Position numbers and translations under genes: made by a program. Of a stretch of DNA of 64,000 nucleotides, positions 51,775 to 64,000 are shown piece after piece. How positions within the stretch are numbered: position 1 is the first letter of the stretch; every line of letters begins with the position of its first letter. The notes under the pieces were generated by a model, which ran no database searches, had not been told where the DNA came from, and worked only from the letters and a program-made list of their open reading frames with translations. The DNA lies in assembly GCA_963776275.1 (NCBI GenBank), contig CAVZMI010000023.1, forward strand, positions 256,001-320,000, in the 5' to 3' direction. This DNA comes from Ignavibacteriota bacterium (GTDB taxonomy: Bacteria > Bacteroidota > Ignavibacteria > UBA10030 > CAVZMI01).

Positions 51775-53736
51775 TCAGCATAGACAGCTGAGAAATTGAA
51801 GGAGATGCTGCATCCAGAAAAGCCACTTGGATGTCCAGTTCAGCACCGCCCGATGGTCTGTATCGGCTTTTTTACTATTATTTGCAATACTGATATCAAG
51901 AACAAGTTTGTTCTCGGGATCAACCTGTGCCAGAGATGCGGCTGATGTTGTGATATAGATTTTCTTCACCCATTGATCATTTCCATCCCATGTATCATTG
52001 ATACATTCGCCATTTTCACACGTGAGCCGGATATCGATCGGTACACACGCTTCACCATATCTTCGTATTATCACCTCATTATAATATTTTCCATCCTTCT
52101 TGCTACTCTTAAGGCTCTCAACCCCGTAATCTAGAACAAATGTCTCATCAACAAACTGACGGAAGAACCATCCCATATCTCGTCCGCTGACTTCATTTAC
52201 TAAGACATAAAAATTCTGCGGCGTAGGATGTCGGAAACGATAGCGCTGGAAATACGTCCGCATGATCGCATTCATTGTATTTTCACCGAGAAATTTCTCA
52301 AGCGTCCAGAGCATCAATGCTGGTTTATCATAGGCATTGATGATATAAGTTTCACGGTCGTACTGTTTGAATCCCCATTTTGCGATTGGATCGTTACGCA
52401 TATTTCGTAAAAACATGATTCGTCCATAATAGAGATAGTCGACGCGCACCTTATCTATCACTGCAATGAGCGGGAACCCATCAAGCGTCAGTAGCTGGAC
52501 ACCGTACAGAGGAATACCTCCGGCAATCCGGAAGGAACCTAAATTGTACCCATAAACCTTCTGCATAATCCGCATTTCCGAATAGGAGGTGAATCCCTCA
52601 TCAAGCCACGGATCTTCAAATTCATTGCTGGCAACCATTCCGTACCAGTACTGATGACCAAATTCATGGATCGTTACATCCTCTGGGTCCAGTAACGCTG
52701 CCGGCGAGATCCGGCGTGCCCGGCCTGTGATGAGAGTCGGGTATTCCATAGCTCCAGCATTGCTTGTACGTGGAGGATCGATTATGGTAATTGTCTTGTA
52801 GGGATATTCACCATACCATTCACCAAAATATTTCAGTGCATTGGTGACGGCGGTGAGATAGCGGTCACGAAGACCGAGATGTTCGGGTTGAAGGAGCAGA
52901 ATAATTTCCGTCGATGGAAGAGTTGGATGAGCGAATGTTTTGTGGAATTCAAGAAAACGCGGTGAAGCAGTCCATGCAAAATCATGAATATCTGCCTGAT
53001 GATAGGCGACAGTGATCGTTCCATCGGAATTTTCTTTCAACGATTCCCTTACTCCTGTCGCACCGACGATATAATCACGAGGTACGGTTAAAGTCACCCC
53101 ATATTCACCAAAATCGGCAAAGAACTCCGTATTTTGATGAAATTGGTGGGCATTCCACTCGTACCCATGACCGCGGGTCTGCTGGTACACCGCCATTTTC
53201 GGAAACCATTGCGCTACGAAATAGAATTCGCATCCCTCTGCAGCGTTACTCCGACCGAGAGCGAGCGGAAGTCTGGTTGAAAACGTCACACGTAATTGAA
53301 TCGACTCGGACGGTTTTAGAGATCGGGGAAGCGGAACGCAAAGTACAGTCTTATCATCGGCGTTATCATCGTCCGGATGGACAAACGATGAATTCTGAAG
53401 AAGATCGATCCCATCGATTGTTTTGAGAGTATGAATATCAATCCCACCCGCATTTTCAGGAGTTATATTCGTGCCATCTTCCACGGCAAACGTGCTCTTC
53501 TTGTCGCGATATGCATTCAGATACAAATGGAGATAAATATTGTTCACCTCATCAGGCGAATCGTTCAGCCATGTGATAATTTCGTCTCCCTCCACGGATC
53601 TTTTTGTAACATCGAGCCTTGCAGTAATGGTATAATTTGAGATATGTTTACTCAGTTGGGCGTAGAGAAGGACCGGCCCCGTATAAAGAAGAAACAGCTC
53701 AACAAATAATGCGATTACGAAACGCGTTGATTTCAT
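51775..53736 (-). CDS. M1-family metallo-aminopeptidase
   Basis: GAMEYP, HEFGH..W, WLDEG. Confidence 0.92.
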   Translation of the reverse strand: MKSTRFVIALFVELFLLYTGPVLLYAQLSKHISNYTITARLDVTKRSVEGDEIITWLNDSPDEVNNIYLHLYLNAYRDKKSTFAVEDGTNITPENAGGIDIHTLKTIDGIDLLQNSSFVHPDDDNADDKTVLCVPLPRSLKPSESIQLRVTFSTRLPLALGRSNAAEGCEFYFVAQWFPKMAVYQQTRGHGYEWNAHQFHQNTEFFADFGEYGVTLTVPRDYIVGATGVRESLKENSDGTITVAYHQADIHDFAWTASPRFLEFHKTFAHPTLPSTEIILLLQPEHLGLRDRYLTAVTNALKYFGEWYGEYPYKTITIIDPPRTSNAGAMEYPTLITGRARRISPAALLDPEDVTIHEFGHQYWYGMVASNEFEDPWLDEGFTSYSEMRIMQKVYGYNLGSFRIAGGIPLYGVQLLTLDGFPLIAVIDKVRVDYLYYGRIMFLRNMRNDPIAKWGFKQYDRETYIINAYDKPALMLWTLEKFLGENTMNAIMRTYFQRYRFRHPTPQNFYVLVNEVSGRDMGWFFRQFVDETFVLDYGVESLKSSKKDGKYYNEVIIRRYGEACVPIDIRLTCENGECINDTWDGNDQWVKKIYITTSAASLAQVDPENKLVLDISIANNSKKADTDHRAVLNWTSKWLFWMQHLLQFLSCLC

Positions 53737-53827
53737 GATCGATACTACAATAAAGAATTGTATTCAAGGAAGGTATATTGAAATATAGATAGAATTCGTA
53801 ATGAAATCAAGGATGCTTCAGTCATCA

Positions 53828-55933
53828 TTATTGTTTTGTATCATGTGCTCTCTTTGCAGCTTTTCGATGAGCAGCAGTGATCGGTTTCGAATCTGCAGAC
53901 GACCTGATTCCAATCTGAAATTGCGTTATCAGACGCTGCAGCTGATTGGTCAACTGGCTTAAATCTTCTGCTGCACGTGCAATCTGTTGTGTTCCCGAAG
54001 CCGACTCATGTGTCACGCTGCTGATCCCATCGATGTTCTTTGATATTTGTTCGGCTGCATCTGATTGCTGTTCACTGGCCGTCGCGATTTGTGTTGCCAT
54101 ATCTGTCAATTCCGAGACCACCGAGACAATTTCTTTTAATGATGATCCTGCCCGTTCAGCCAGTTCTATCCCCTTGTCGACCTCCTGGGTTCCTTCCTCC
54201 ATCGACTTCACCGCTCCAATTGTGTCTGCCTGGATTTTCTTGATCATCTGTGCTATCTCTTTTGTTGCCTTCGTGGTTCGCTCCGCCAGCTTTCGCACCT
54301 CATCAGCCACGACTGCGAATCCTCGTCCCTGTTCTCCAGCACGCGCCGCTTCAATCGCAGCATTCAAAGCCAGCAGATTCGTCTGATCGGCAATATCATC
54401 GATCACCTGGATAATTTCGCCGATCTGGTTGCTCGATTTGCCAAGCGCCTGGACTGTCCCTGCCGATTTCTTCACTACATCAGCGATCCGATTCATCCCG
54501 TAAACGGTTTCATGGACGACATTTCCCCCCTCTTCCGCCACCTGCCGGGCTTTTCTAGCCGTTTCCAGTGCCTGTTTGGCGTTCTTTGAATTCTCGAGGA
54601 TGGTCGATGCCATTTCTTCTATCGCGCTGGCTACTTCGGTCGTCTGCGAGTTCTGTTCCTGCGCACCCGCCGCCATTTCTTCTGTACTCGATGAAATCTC
54701 GGCGCTTGCGTTGGCGGTTGCCGTAATCACTTCCGAAACATCCCTTAATGCGGCGCTGAGCGATTCCGCTAATGTATTGACGCTATTTTTAACAAGCTGA
54801 TGATCCCCCTTATATTCTCCCTTCATCCCTACGGTCAAATCACCTGTCGCCATAGCCGACAGGGCATCCGAACTTTCCTGAATCGGAGTAACAACAGCAT
54901 CTAGTGTCTTATTCATTCCGTCGATGATATCCCGGAATCCGCCGATGAACTTATTCGGGTTACCACGGATACCTAACTTACCTTCACGAGCGGCAAGCGT
55001 CAGACCATTCGTTTCGTCAAGTAGAGATCTGAGAATCTCAACCACTTTATTTCTGCTTTTTGCAAGAATATCGACATCCGAACGTTGTCTTACATCAACA
55101 TTAAAGTTACCAAGAGCAATTTGTTCAGCTTCATGCGCCTGATCTTTCATATTTTTAGCTAGACTGTTGAATGAAGAGCTCAGTTTTCCTATTTCATCCG
55201 AAGTGGCTACCTCGATCACAACATTTACGTCGCCCGAGGCAAGAGCCTCGGCACCGGCGACGAGTGCGGTTATAGGTTTACTGATAGCAGAAGCAATGAT
55301 AAATCCGCCCACACCGGCGATAGAAAGGCCGACAATAACAAGAACGATGAGTATCACCATCATTGATTGGGATATTGTCTCTCCTTTGGAATTGATTTTC
55401 TCTGCATCATGATCTGTGAATCGTATCAAATCTGTCAGCTCTTGCTGGCATTCGGTCAATTCGCTATCGACTTCTCCATTGTTTAAGGCTTTTGGTATAT
55501 TGTTCTGATTCCCTTGCGCAATATTTATGGTACGTGATGCGGCAAGTTTCAACCGATCCCATGAGGTGTTGAATTTTTCAAGAAGAGGTTTTATTTCATC
55601 CGACGATGCGGAGCTGCCATATTGAACTATTATCTGATCGATCTTTTGTATCTTTTTTTGAATCTCGCGGGCAAATGGTTGTCGTTCTGATGCCGACGTC
55701 TTAAGGAAGAGGTTCGCAAAATCACCACGAACTGACACAATCGAGGCATGAGCATCTGCAAGTCGGACGAGTGGGATATAATCGTTGGCGTATAGATCGT
55801 CCTGTGCCTGTTTCTCTGCTCTCATTCCGATATACCCGACGACACCTATGACAGCGGCTATAAAGACGAGAGTTCCGAATGTCCAGAGAAGCTTAGCCTG
55901 AATATTGAGATTTATAAACCACTTCATGACCAT
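53828..55933 (-). CDS. Methyl-accepting chemotaxis protein
   Basis: Two TMs, HAMP domains, [34 protein letters not shown]. Confidence 0.97.
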   Translation of the reverse strand: MVMKWFINLNIQAKLLWTFGTLVFIAAVIGVVGYIGMRAEKQAQDDLYANDYIPLVRLADAHASIVSVRGDFANLFLKTSASERQPFAREIQKKIQKIDQIIVQYGSSASSDEIKPLLEKFNTSWDRLKLAASRTINIAQGNQNNIPKALNNGEVDSELTECQQELTDLIRFTDHDAEKINSKGETISQSMMVILIVLVIVGLSIAGVGGFIIASAISKPITALVAGAEALASGDVNVVIEVATSDEIGKLSSSFNSLAKNMKDQAHEAEQIALGNFNVDVRQRSDVDILAKSRNKVVEILRSLLDETNGLTLAAREGKLGIRGNPNKFIGGFRDIIDGMNKTLDAVVTPIQESSDALSAMATGDLTVGMKGEYKGDHQLVKNSVNTLAESLSAALRDVSEVITATANASAEISSSTEEMAAGAQEQNSQTTEVASAIEEMASTILENSKNAKQALETARKARQVAEEGGNVVHETVYGMNRIADVVKKSAGTVQALGKSSNQIGEIIQVIDDIADQTNLLALNAAIEAARAGEQGRGFAVVADEVRKLAERTTKATKEIAQMIKKIQADTIGAVKSMEEGTQEVDKGIELAERAGSSLKEIVSVVSELTDMATQIATASEQQSDAAEQISKNIDGISSVTHESASGTQQIARAAEDLSQLTNQLQRLITQFQIGIRSSADSKPITAAHRKAAKRAHDTKQ

Positions 55934-56138
55934 CCTCCTGAAACGGTGTATATTCCTTTTGGTGAAAAGAAGAACTCAATCCACCAAACTATAATAGATT
56001 ATCGGCTAAAACCTCATGAATCTTGAATAAAATCACTGGGATGTAACCTCCAAGAAAATAACGGGTTACAATGAAGCGTTCTGTTAATTTGTCTACAGAT
56101 CGAGAACCAGGGGATATAATACGAATTGGTCAGATTTT

Positions 56139-56675
56139 CTATTCAATTACTCTGCGGGCACCGATATATCGCTGTTGATAATATGGAGTAGAAAGCGAGG
56201 AGATTGTGACACCTTCATTGACACTTGTATGAGCGAAGAGTCCATCGCCGATGTAAATACCCACATGTGACGGAGTGCGTCCCGCTGTACTGAAGAAGAC
56301 AAGATCTCCCCGGGAGAGATTTTTTTTTCGAATTTTTTTCCCTGTCCGATATTGCTCTTCCGTCGAGCGAGGAAGGGTAAGCATAAAGGCCTTTTCGAAC
56401 ACCGATCGTGTGAAAGCCGAGCAATCGATTCCGTCGGCAGACTCTCCACCATGTTTATACGGCACGCCGAGGTATTCACTGATAGTGCGCATCAGCAATG
56501 TCGAGTCGAGCGAGGGTGAAACAGTATCCGACGCGGCCGCATTGGTATCGTACAGTTCTTCTTCACCATCGTTCCAGGCAGAGCACGAAGATGAAAAACG
56601 GGGCGATGAAGAAGCGCACCCTGTGATATTAATAATGATTATTGTGAGAATAAGAAATCGGAGAAGTGCCATCAC
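56139..56675 (-). CDS. NlpC/P60 lipoprotein
   Basis: ITGC lipobox, GIDCSAF, GDLVFF, HVGIY. Confidence 0.93.
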   Translation of the reverse strand: MMALLRFLILTIIIINITGCASSSPRFSSSCSAWNDGEEELYDTNAAASDTVSPSLDSTLLMRTISEYLGVPYKHGGESADGIDCSAFTRSVFEKAFMLTLPRSTEEQYRTGKKIRKKNLSRGDLVFFSTAGRTPSHVGIYIGDGLFAHTSVNEGVTISSLSTPYYQQRYIGARRVIE

Positions 56676-56689
56676 CGCTATATGCAGTT

Positions 56690-57547
56690 TTATCCGAGGT
56701 ATGCGCGTAATGCTTTACTGCGCGATGCATGACGCAAACGGCGAATTGCTTTTTCCTTGATCTGTCGTACACGTTCTCGTGTGAGATTAAACTTCTCGCC
56801 GATTTCTTCGAGCGTCAACGAGTGTTCCCGGCCGAGTCCGAAATATAAGCGAATAACTTCTGCTTCCCGTTCGCTTAATGTAGAGAGTGCACGCTCAACC
56901 TCGCGGCTTAATGACTCCTTCATCAGGTCGCTGTCGGGCATTGGAGTCCGCTCATCCTGGATGACATCGAGCAACCGATTATCTTCACCCTGAGCAAACG
57001 GAGCATCCATCGAGAGATGCCTGCCGGAAATTTTCAGAGTGTCGGCTACTTCGTAGAGCGACATATCGAGTTCTTCAGCAAGCTCACTTGCGCTCGGTTC
57101 GCGTTCGAATTCCTGTTCGAGGGTGCTGAAGGCCTTTCCGATTTTATTCAATGCACCCACACGATTCAACGGGAGCCGGACGATGCGTGATTGTTCCGCC
57201 AGTGCCTGAAGAATCGACTGACGAATCCACCATACCGCATAGGAGATAAATTTGAAACCGCGCGTCTCATCGAAACGCTTTGCTGCTTTTATCAGTCCCA
57301 GGTTACCTTCATTAATAAGGTCTCCGAGGGAGAGGCCCTGATTCTGATATTGTTTTGCTACACTCACGACAAATCGGAGATTTGCTTTAGTCAGCTTTTC
57401 CAGTGCTTTTTGATCTTGCTTCTTAATTCGTCGTGCGAGCTCAATCTCTTCTTCTGCGGTCAACAGTTCAACCTTCCCGATCTCCTGAAGGTATTTATCG
57501 AGAGATTGACTTTCGCGGTTTGTATATTGCTTGCTGACTTTGACCAT
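56690..57547 (-). CDS. rpoD: RpoD/SigA-type sigma factor lacking region 1.1
   Basis: [34 protein letters not shown]. Confidence 0.92.
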   Translation of the reverse strand: MVKVSKQYTNRESQSLDKYLQEIGKVELLTAEEEIELARRIKKQDQKALEKLTKANLRFVVSVAKQYQNQGLSLGDLINEGNLGLIKAAKRFDETRGFKFISYAVWWIRQSILQALAEQSRIVRLPLNRVGALNKIGKAFSTLEQEFEREPSASELAEELDMSLYEVADTLKISGRHLSMDAPFAQGEDNRLLDVIQDERTPMPDSDLMKESLSREVERALSTLSEREAEVIRLYFGLGREHSLTLEEIGEKFNLTRERVRQIKEKAIRRLRHASRSKALRAYLG

Positions 57548-58174
57548 TGTAATTCCTTTTGAATTCTCGCATCACACTCTTTAACAATTCCTCGCAGTCA
57601 AGCGTTTCCTTGATACGAAGAAGTCGGGTGTCAAAGTATTCAAGAGTCTATGAAAATCCAAAGAGCACATATATGTATAGACGGCTGGAAATCCCATTCG
57701 GCAGTGTACATCCACCAATACATTGAAAATTGCAGTGCATGATACCGGGATATTCCTCACGATATCTTGGCGGCCGGCGACTTCCGGAAATGTGGTAACG
57801 ATATTTTCCGCGAATCCATTGAGATAGAGTGGATACATTTTTTCGCTTATCGGTCCGGCCGATCCCCAATGACTTACTGCACTCTCTTTTTCCTGCAAGT
57901 GCTCGGAAAGCTTTTCATAGCATACATTTAACGACGGCGGTTGTTTCATGCCTACATGCAATGAAATGGCCCCCGGTCCTGAATGTTCAAGATGCGGGAC
58001 CGACGGCCTGTGCAAGGTTTCCGAAAGTATAACTCCTCTGGTCGTTATATAGTACAGCGTCGGTGAGTTCGCCAATCCCGACGCCATCAAGGATAATGCA
58101 GATGACAGTTCGTGGGTACACTGGGAATTGGGAATTGTCATTTCCTCATGATGGAGGACAACCGCTCATGCAAT

Positions 58175-58366
58175 TTATGCGTATAACTCCTTCTCATTAC
58201 ACTTGCATACTTGCACCCGGCGCTGGGTATATTTCATCGAACCACTTGGAGCTTTCTCTGAAGCGATGACCAATGTTGGCACTTTCAGCTGACCGCACTT
58301 ATCACATTTGGCACCATGTTGTGCAAGTTTCGCTGCTTTATCAGCAAACGTTTGTTGTTTTGCCAT
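58175..58366 (-). CDS. Small basic Zn-ribbon-like protein
   Basis: MAKQQTFADK, CDKC...CKC; GGAG RBS. Confidence 0.8.
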   Translation of the reverse strand: MAKQQTFADKAAKLAQHGAKCDKCGQLKVPTLVIASEKAPSGSMKYTQRRVQVCKCNEKELYA

Positions 58367-58381
58367 TATTCTTACTCCATA

Positions 58382-60067
58382 TTAAAACACTCGTACGATA
58401 TTTCCGCCCGTCTCGATGCATTTTTGCAGTACCTGTGTTGCATTCTGGATGAGCTCATCGCGATCCATATGTTCGCCAAGTCCGCAAATTCCGATACTGA
58501 TAGTGATTGAAATTTTCTTTTCGTCGACGGTCAGCACTGTGGCAGCAATTGCTTTCCGTATTTTCTCGGCCCAAAGGTACGCTTCATTTGGCGTTATTTG
58601 AACCAGCAGGAGACCGAACCGGTTGAAATCAAGCCGACCGACAACATCATACAGGCGCACACTCCGGCGGAGCACTTTTGCCACACTGTATAGAATAAAA
58701 TCGAAACCATCTTTTCCATACCGGCTGATCAGCTCATTCATCGAATCTAGCGCAACAACCATCAAACAAAGCTCCGTGCCGAAATCGACGGCACGCGCAA
58801 GTTCCTGGTCAAGTATTTGCACAAATTGCTTTCGTGTGAGCGACCGGGTCGATTCATCAACTACAACATACTCTTTGACAATATCATTCAGATACAGGAT
58901 CTCCAAAGCAGCTGCCGTGTTTTCGGCAAGCCGTGCCAGGATATCAATGTCTTTCTGTCCAAAATTCTTTTTTGTACGGCTCTCGATGCTCACGGCCCCA
59001 TAACATTTGTTCATCGAGTTGATCGGAACACAAAGGAACGATCCTTCGTTTCGAATTTTTTCACCTGTGACAAAGCGAACCACACTTTCTGTTCCAAGAT
59101 CTTCAATCTTCTGTAGCTGGGAATATCGGATTACACTGCCTACGATACTCGTCGCAAAATCAATCACCTGATTTGTAATAGCATATCCTTCAGGCGTACG
59201 ATTCACCACTTTCCGGATCATCCAGCTGTGTTGCTGTTCATCGTAGAGCGTGATCGATAAAAAATCGAAGTTTATTAGCTTTTGAATTTCATCTGCAATC
59301 ACATCCACAATCGAACGGACGCTCAGATCGAGCTTCCATCGCTCCTGCATCCGACGAACCGACGCGAGCACCTCGGAATCGAGCAGAAGATCATATTTCG
59401 CCGTATAACTTTTTATTAATGCTGAGATTAGTTTTGTACACTGCCCTATCAGGGAAATAGTCTCAACACCGTAAGCATCTTCCGCTTTACTGTCAACCGC
59501 GAGTACACCGACAACGGTTTGTTCACCGCTGACTGTCTCATAGAACACCGGAGCGCCGATAAACGCCTTGACAAAATCAACCCCCTCGTAATAGCGGAGG
59601 AGTTCCTTCTCCGAAACCGGATTCACCCGACTTATGATTTCCGGTTTACCGGTTTGTGCGATCTGGCTTACCAGGTCGTGTCCCATCGGATAGCGACGTT
59701 CTTTCATGAATACATCGCTGTCGGTGATTTTCGTCTCGCACACCATTGTCTGTTTCTCACGATTCGCCCAGAAGAACGCCACCGTGTGAGCGAAAAGAAC
59801 TTCCTTGATAACGGCGAGGACTTTCACGAGCAGAAAATCAAACTCTGCTCTCGGTTCAGTTTCCGGTTGAGAGAGCTCTGAATTCAAATCGAAAAAATCT
59901 GCCACCTGAAACTCCACGGTCGGTTGCTCTTGCGGTTTCGGTGATGCGACGGATGTCAGTGATGTTGACGGCTTATCGGAGACAGTATCCACCCCTTCAT
60001 ACAACACATACTTCTCCCCTCCCTGTAGATCATCAAATACTAATACTTTTCTTTTTATAGAATCCAC
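58382..60067 (-). CDS. GAF-GAF-degenerate GGDEF protein
   Basis: Two GAF domains; GRLDFNRF in place of GRxGGDEF; TISIG. Confidence 0.85.
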   Translation of the reverse strand: MDSIKRKVLVFDDLQGGEKYVLYEGVDTVSDKPSTSLTSVASPKPQEQPTVEFQVADFFDLNSELSQPETEPRAEFDFLLVKVLAVIKEVLFAHTVAFFWANREKQTMVCETKITDSDVFMKERRYPMGHDLVSQIAQTGKPEIISRVNPVSEKELLRYYEGVDFVKAFIGAPVFYETVSGEQTVVGVLAVDSKAEDAYGVETISLIGQCTKLISALIKSYTAKYDLLLDSEVLASVRRMQERWKLDLSVRSIVDVIADEIQKLINFDFLSITLYDEQQHSWMIRKVVNRTPEGYAITNQVIDFATSIVGSVIRYSQLQKIEDLGTESVVRFVTGEKIRNEGSFLCVPINSMNKCYGAVSIESRTKKNFGQKDIDILARLAENTAAALEILYLNDIVKEYVVVDESTRSLTRKQFVQILDQELARAVDFGTELCLMVVALDSMNELISRYGKDGFDFILYSVAKVLRRSVRLYDVVGRLDFNRFGLLLVQITPNEAYLWAEKIRKAIAATVLTVDEKKISITISIGICGLGEHMDRDELIQNATQVLQKCIETGGNIVRVF

Positions 60068-60499
60068 TCGTCGTTTATATACAGTGAGTTCCTTTATACG
60101 AGCTTGTCTTCCCCATACCAGCTTACTATATTGGAAGTTATGTCAAGTTAACTCATTTTCCACACAAAGTCAAGCTAAATTTTGCTTTGAATTTCACTCG
60201 GTTACGCTTCTTTCCGTTGACATTCCACCCTTTTTTTTGTACCATGACATTAGGTATTGTACGGCCGGCATCTGGAAAAGTTGTGTTCCACAGCCGGCTT
60301 CTGGCATACCGAAACCACGACTTCTCCAACGTCAGATTCTCACAGAGCGTGATCATACAAAAATGCAGGGATATTGAAATAAATCGTCGATGAGGAACAT
60401 CAAATAGTATCTACCTGTTATTTATAGATGATGCTATACACTTCGCCGTCTGAAGAATAGCCATCGGAAGAGAACAAAACGTATTTTTAGGGAGTCATC

Positions 60500-62582
60500 A
60501 TGAATCTTTCACATAAGATTCTCTCAGAGCATCTTGTTCAGGGCGAGCTTATTGCGGGGAATGAGATTTCAATTCGGATCGATCAGACACTGACACAGGA
60601 TGCGACCGGAACGATGGCATATCTTCAATTTGAAGCAATGGGAATACCGCGCGTCCGCACAAAACTCTCTGTAAGCTATGTCGACCATAATATGCTTCAG
60701 CAGGACTTTATGAATGCGGATGACCATCAATATCTTCAATCCGTCGCTGCAAAATATGGAATATTTTTCTCCCGGCCCGGAAATGGAATTTGTCATCAGG
60801 TGCATCGTGAACGGTTCGGCGTTCCCGGAGAAACGCTCATCGGTTCCGACTCCCACACACCGACAAGCGGCGGTCTTGGAATGATTGCCATCGGCGCCGG
60901 CGGACTCGATGTCGCACTCGCAATGGCCGGCGAACCCTGTGTTATTACAATGCCGAAAATCCTTGGCGTTAAACTCACGGGAGCGCTTCAGGATTGGGTT
61001 TCGGGGAAAGACGTCATTCTCGAAATGCTCCGTCGTCTAACAACCAAAGGAGGTATCAATAGCATTATCGAATATCACGGACCCGGCGTCGCCTCACTTT
61101 CCATGGGCGACCGGTTCACCATAACCAACATGGGAGCCGAACTCGGCGCAACAACATCGATCTTCCCGAGCGACGGCATCACCCGCGCATATCTCAAAGC
61201 ACAGGGACGGGAAAAGGCCTGGACCGAACAACATACCGATGCGGGATCATCCTACGATTGCATCACTATTCGACTCCACGCCGAAAAAGATGCACGTGCG
61301 ATTGCAGCATTACAGGAAGGCGGATCAATAAACCTTAAGATCTCGAAACCGGACACGTCTAATTTTGTGAATGTTGAATTTGATGGAATCGAAATCGATC
61401 TCGATAAGCTGGAACCGCTCATTGCACAACCTCACTCTCCCGATAATGTCGTTCGCGTGCGGGAACTTGAAGCACGCAGCATTAAGGCCGACCAGGCCTG
61501 CATTGGTTCCTGTACAAATTCTTCGTATTACGATTTACGCATTGCGGCACACATGCTGAAAGGGCAATCGGTTCATCCGAATACTTCATTCACGCTCACA
61601 CCCGGTTCGAAACAGGTATTTGAAATGATCGCACGATACGGGCAATTGCCCGATATCATTGCGAGCGGCGCTCGCATTCTCGAGTCTGCCTGTGGTCCGT
61701 GCATCGGCATGGGACAGGCACCACCATCAGGCGGTGTGTCGGTTCGCTCGTTCAACAGAAATTTCGAAGGGCGGAGCGGAACAATAGATGCAAAAGTCTA
61801 TCTCTCTTCACCCGAGACCGCAACGGCAACGGCGCTTACAGGAATAATATCCGATCCGCGCACGGTTGCAAAAAAGTTCGGCATCGCTTTCCCGCAAAGA
61901 ACCGAACCGGAAAAGTATATCACAAACGATTCAATGATCATACCTCCCTCCACAACGCCCGAAAAAATCGCGGTCGTTCGTGAGACCCAACATCAAACCG
62001 ATTCCGCAATTTGACGGCATGCCCGAGACACTGGCTGGCCGCGTACTGCTGAAGACAGGCGACAATATCTCGACCGACCATATTTCACCGGCCGGAGCAA
62101 AAGTACTCCCGCTTCGTTCAAATATCCCGGCTATTTCTGAATTTACTTTCACCCGGATTGACAAGGAATTCACGAACCGTGCAAAAGAATGGGGCGGCGG
62201 TTTTGTGATCGGCGGGGATAATTACGGACAGGGTTCTTCACGCGAACATGCCGCATTATCACCCCGGTTCCTCGGCGTGAAAGCGGTCATTGTAAAGCAG
62301 TTTAATAGAATTCACCGCTCGAATCTCATAAATTTCGGCATCCTTCCCCTGACGTTTGTCAATCCCGGAGACTATGAGAAGATCGATTTCGGCGATGAAC
62401 TAGAGATACCCGACGTACGGCAGCAAATGGAAATATCCACCGCACAGAACGGCACACTGACACTGGTCAATAAAACGAAAAATATCCCGATTGTGGCGGC
62501 GTTTGATCTGACAGCCAGGCAGAAACTCATTCTGCGAATGGGTGGACTTCTCAATGTCGTACGTAATGCAAAGGAAAAATAG
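60500..62582 (+). CDS. acn: Aconitate hydratase, frameshifted near 61983
   Basis: TQDATGTM, DSHT, GSCTN, CGPCIG, ISTDHI, GQGSSREHA. Confidence 0.93.
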
Positions 62583-62672
62583 AATTCCGGCTCGTGTTTG
62601 CCAATACAATGAAGTGCAAATTTATTTTTCAATGCAAGAAGTGTTAAAAACTCTGGCTTACGGAGAAAATGT

Positions 62673-63927
62673 ATGCCATCATATGAGAAATTAGTGCCTC
62701 CGTCAAAAGGGGATCATATTGCATTCATAAATGGAACTCTATCTGTTCCTGAACATCCAATAATTCCCTTCATAGAGGGAGATGGAACCGGACCCGATAT
62801 CTGGCGCGCTTCCCGGAAAGTATTCGACGCGGCTGTGCAGAAAGCATATGGAGGAAAACGTTCGATCGAATGGTTTGAACTTTTTGCCGGCGAGAAAGCC
62901 AACACAGTCTACGGCCCGAACACATGGCTCCATGACGATACACTTGAGGCAATCAAAGAATATCGAATCGCGATTAAAGGTCCGCTAACGACACCGGTCG
63001 GCGGTGGAATTCGCTCGATTAATGTCGCTCTGCGTCAAATGCTCGATCTCTACACCTGTCTGCGTCCCATACGGTATTTTCAGGGAGTCCCTTCGCCGGT
63101 CAAGCATCCGGAATTAATCAATATGGTAATCTTTCGTGAGAACACCGAAGACATCTATGCCGGTATTGAATGGAAGGCGGGCACGCCCGAAGTGAAAAAG
63201 GTGATCGAGTGGCTCCAGAATGAAATGGGTGTGAAAAAAATCCGGTTCCCGAAAACTTCGAGCCTGGGCATCAAGCCGGTGTCGGAAGAAGGAACGAAGC
63301 GACTGGTACGGGCTGCAATACGCTATGCGATCGGGAACAAACGAAAATCGGTTACACTCGTCCATAAAGGCAACATCATGAAATTCACCGAAGGCGGATT
63401 CCGCGACTGGGGCTATCAGCTCGCGAAGGAAGAATTTTCCAAACAGGTGATCGCCTGGGAAGATTGCGGAGGGAATGTCCCCCCCGGAAAAATCCTCATC
63501 AAAGATGCGATCGCCGATTCGTTCCTACAGCAAATTTTGACACGGCCTGCTGAGTACGATGTGATCTCGACGCTGAATCTCAACGGCGATTACATCAGCG
63601 ATGCTCTTGCAGCGCAGGTCGGCGGTATCGGAATGGCTCCGGGTGCGAACATTAATTATGAAACGGGCCATGCGGTTTTTGAAGCGACACATGGAACTGC
63701 ACCGAAGTATACAGGTCTTGATAAAGTGAATCCGGGTTCGTTGATTTTGAGCGGCGAGTTGATGCTCCGTCATTTGGGATGGACACGAAGCCGCCGATCT
63801 CGTCATCAAAGGACTTGAAAAATCAATTGCTGCAAAAACCGTTACGTACGATCTCGCACGGTTGATGGAGGGAGCGAAAGAAATCAAGTGTTCGGAATTC
63901 GGCGATGCGATCGCGGCAAATATGTGA
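62673..63927 (+). CDS. icd: Isocitrate dehydrogenase (NADP-type), frameshifted near 63785
   Basis: [38 protein letters not shown]; tail VTYDLARLM in the next frame. Confidence 0.95.
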
Positions 63928-64000
63928 CAGATCCGAGGGAGATGCGCTCGCGAGGCCAGGTAAGACGGTAGCGCTTTATTCCACATCATCAGTCAGGGGC

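Noticed and set aside
57581-58141. 186-aa ORF or ncRNA upstream of rpoD
   Set aside because: No recognisable domain, RBS or RNA motif; left unannotated.
61975-63790. Programmed frameshifting in aconitase or icd
   Set aside because: There are no slippery sequences at the shift points; single extra bases explain both.

Overview
This 64-kb window is bacterial chromosome, probably FCB group and Ignavibacteria-like. That call rests on three proteins with T9SS-type QNYPNPFN C-terminal domains and a short RpoD lacking region 1.1. Most of the window is housekeeping: hrpB, metY, psd-pssA-purS-purQ, tat, gatA, sucD, ndk, GH57, fmt-def, rpoD, aconitase, icd and five tRNAs. Seven genes carry frameshifts, including aconitase and icd, and one has an in-frame stop. 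This points to residual assembly errors, so gene fusions and splits should be read cautiously. Five observations stand out. (1) A probably leaderless Met-rich leader peptide (MKILRQNIAMDMTMDMGCSYGGF) with terminator/antiterminator geometry sits in tandem upstream of a SAM-I riboswitch controlling metY. (2) A 1.7-kb element encodes two DUF1670-like units and is bounded by palindromic GTATCA-NN-TGATAC sites, a candidate undescribed mobile-element class. (3) An integrase-less integron cassette array (two attC sites) carries HEPN-TIR, HEPN-like and PD-(D/E)xK genes. (4) A family of nested GC-rich palindromic elements has inserted into tRNA copies, the riboswitch and an attC site, twice exactly at AG^CT. 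(5) A PurC homolog has lost many invariant active-site residues.
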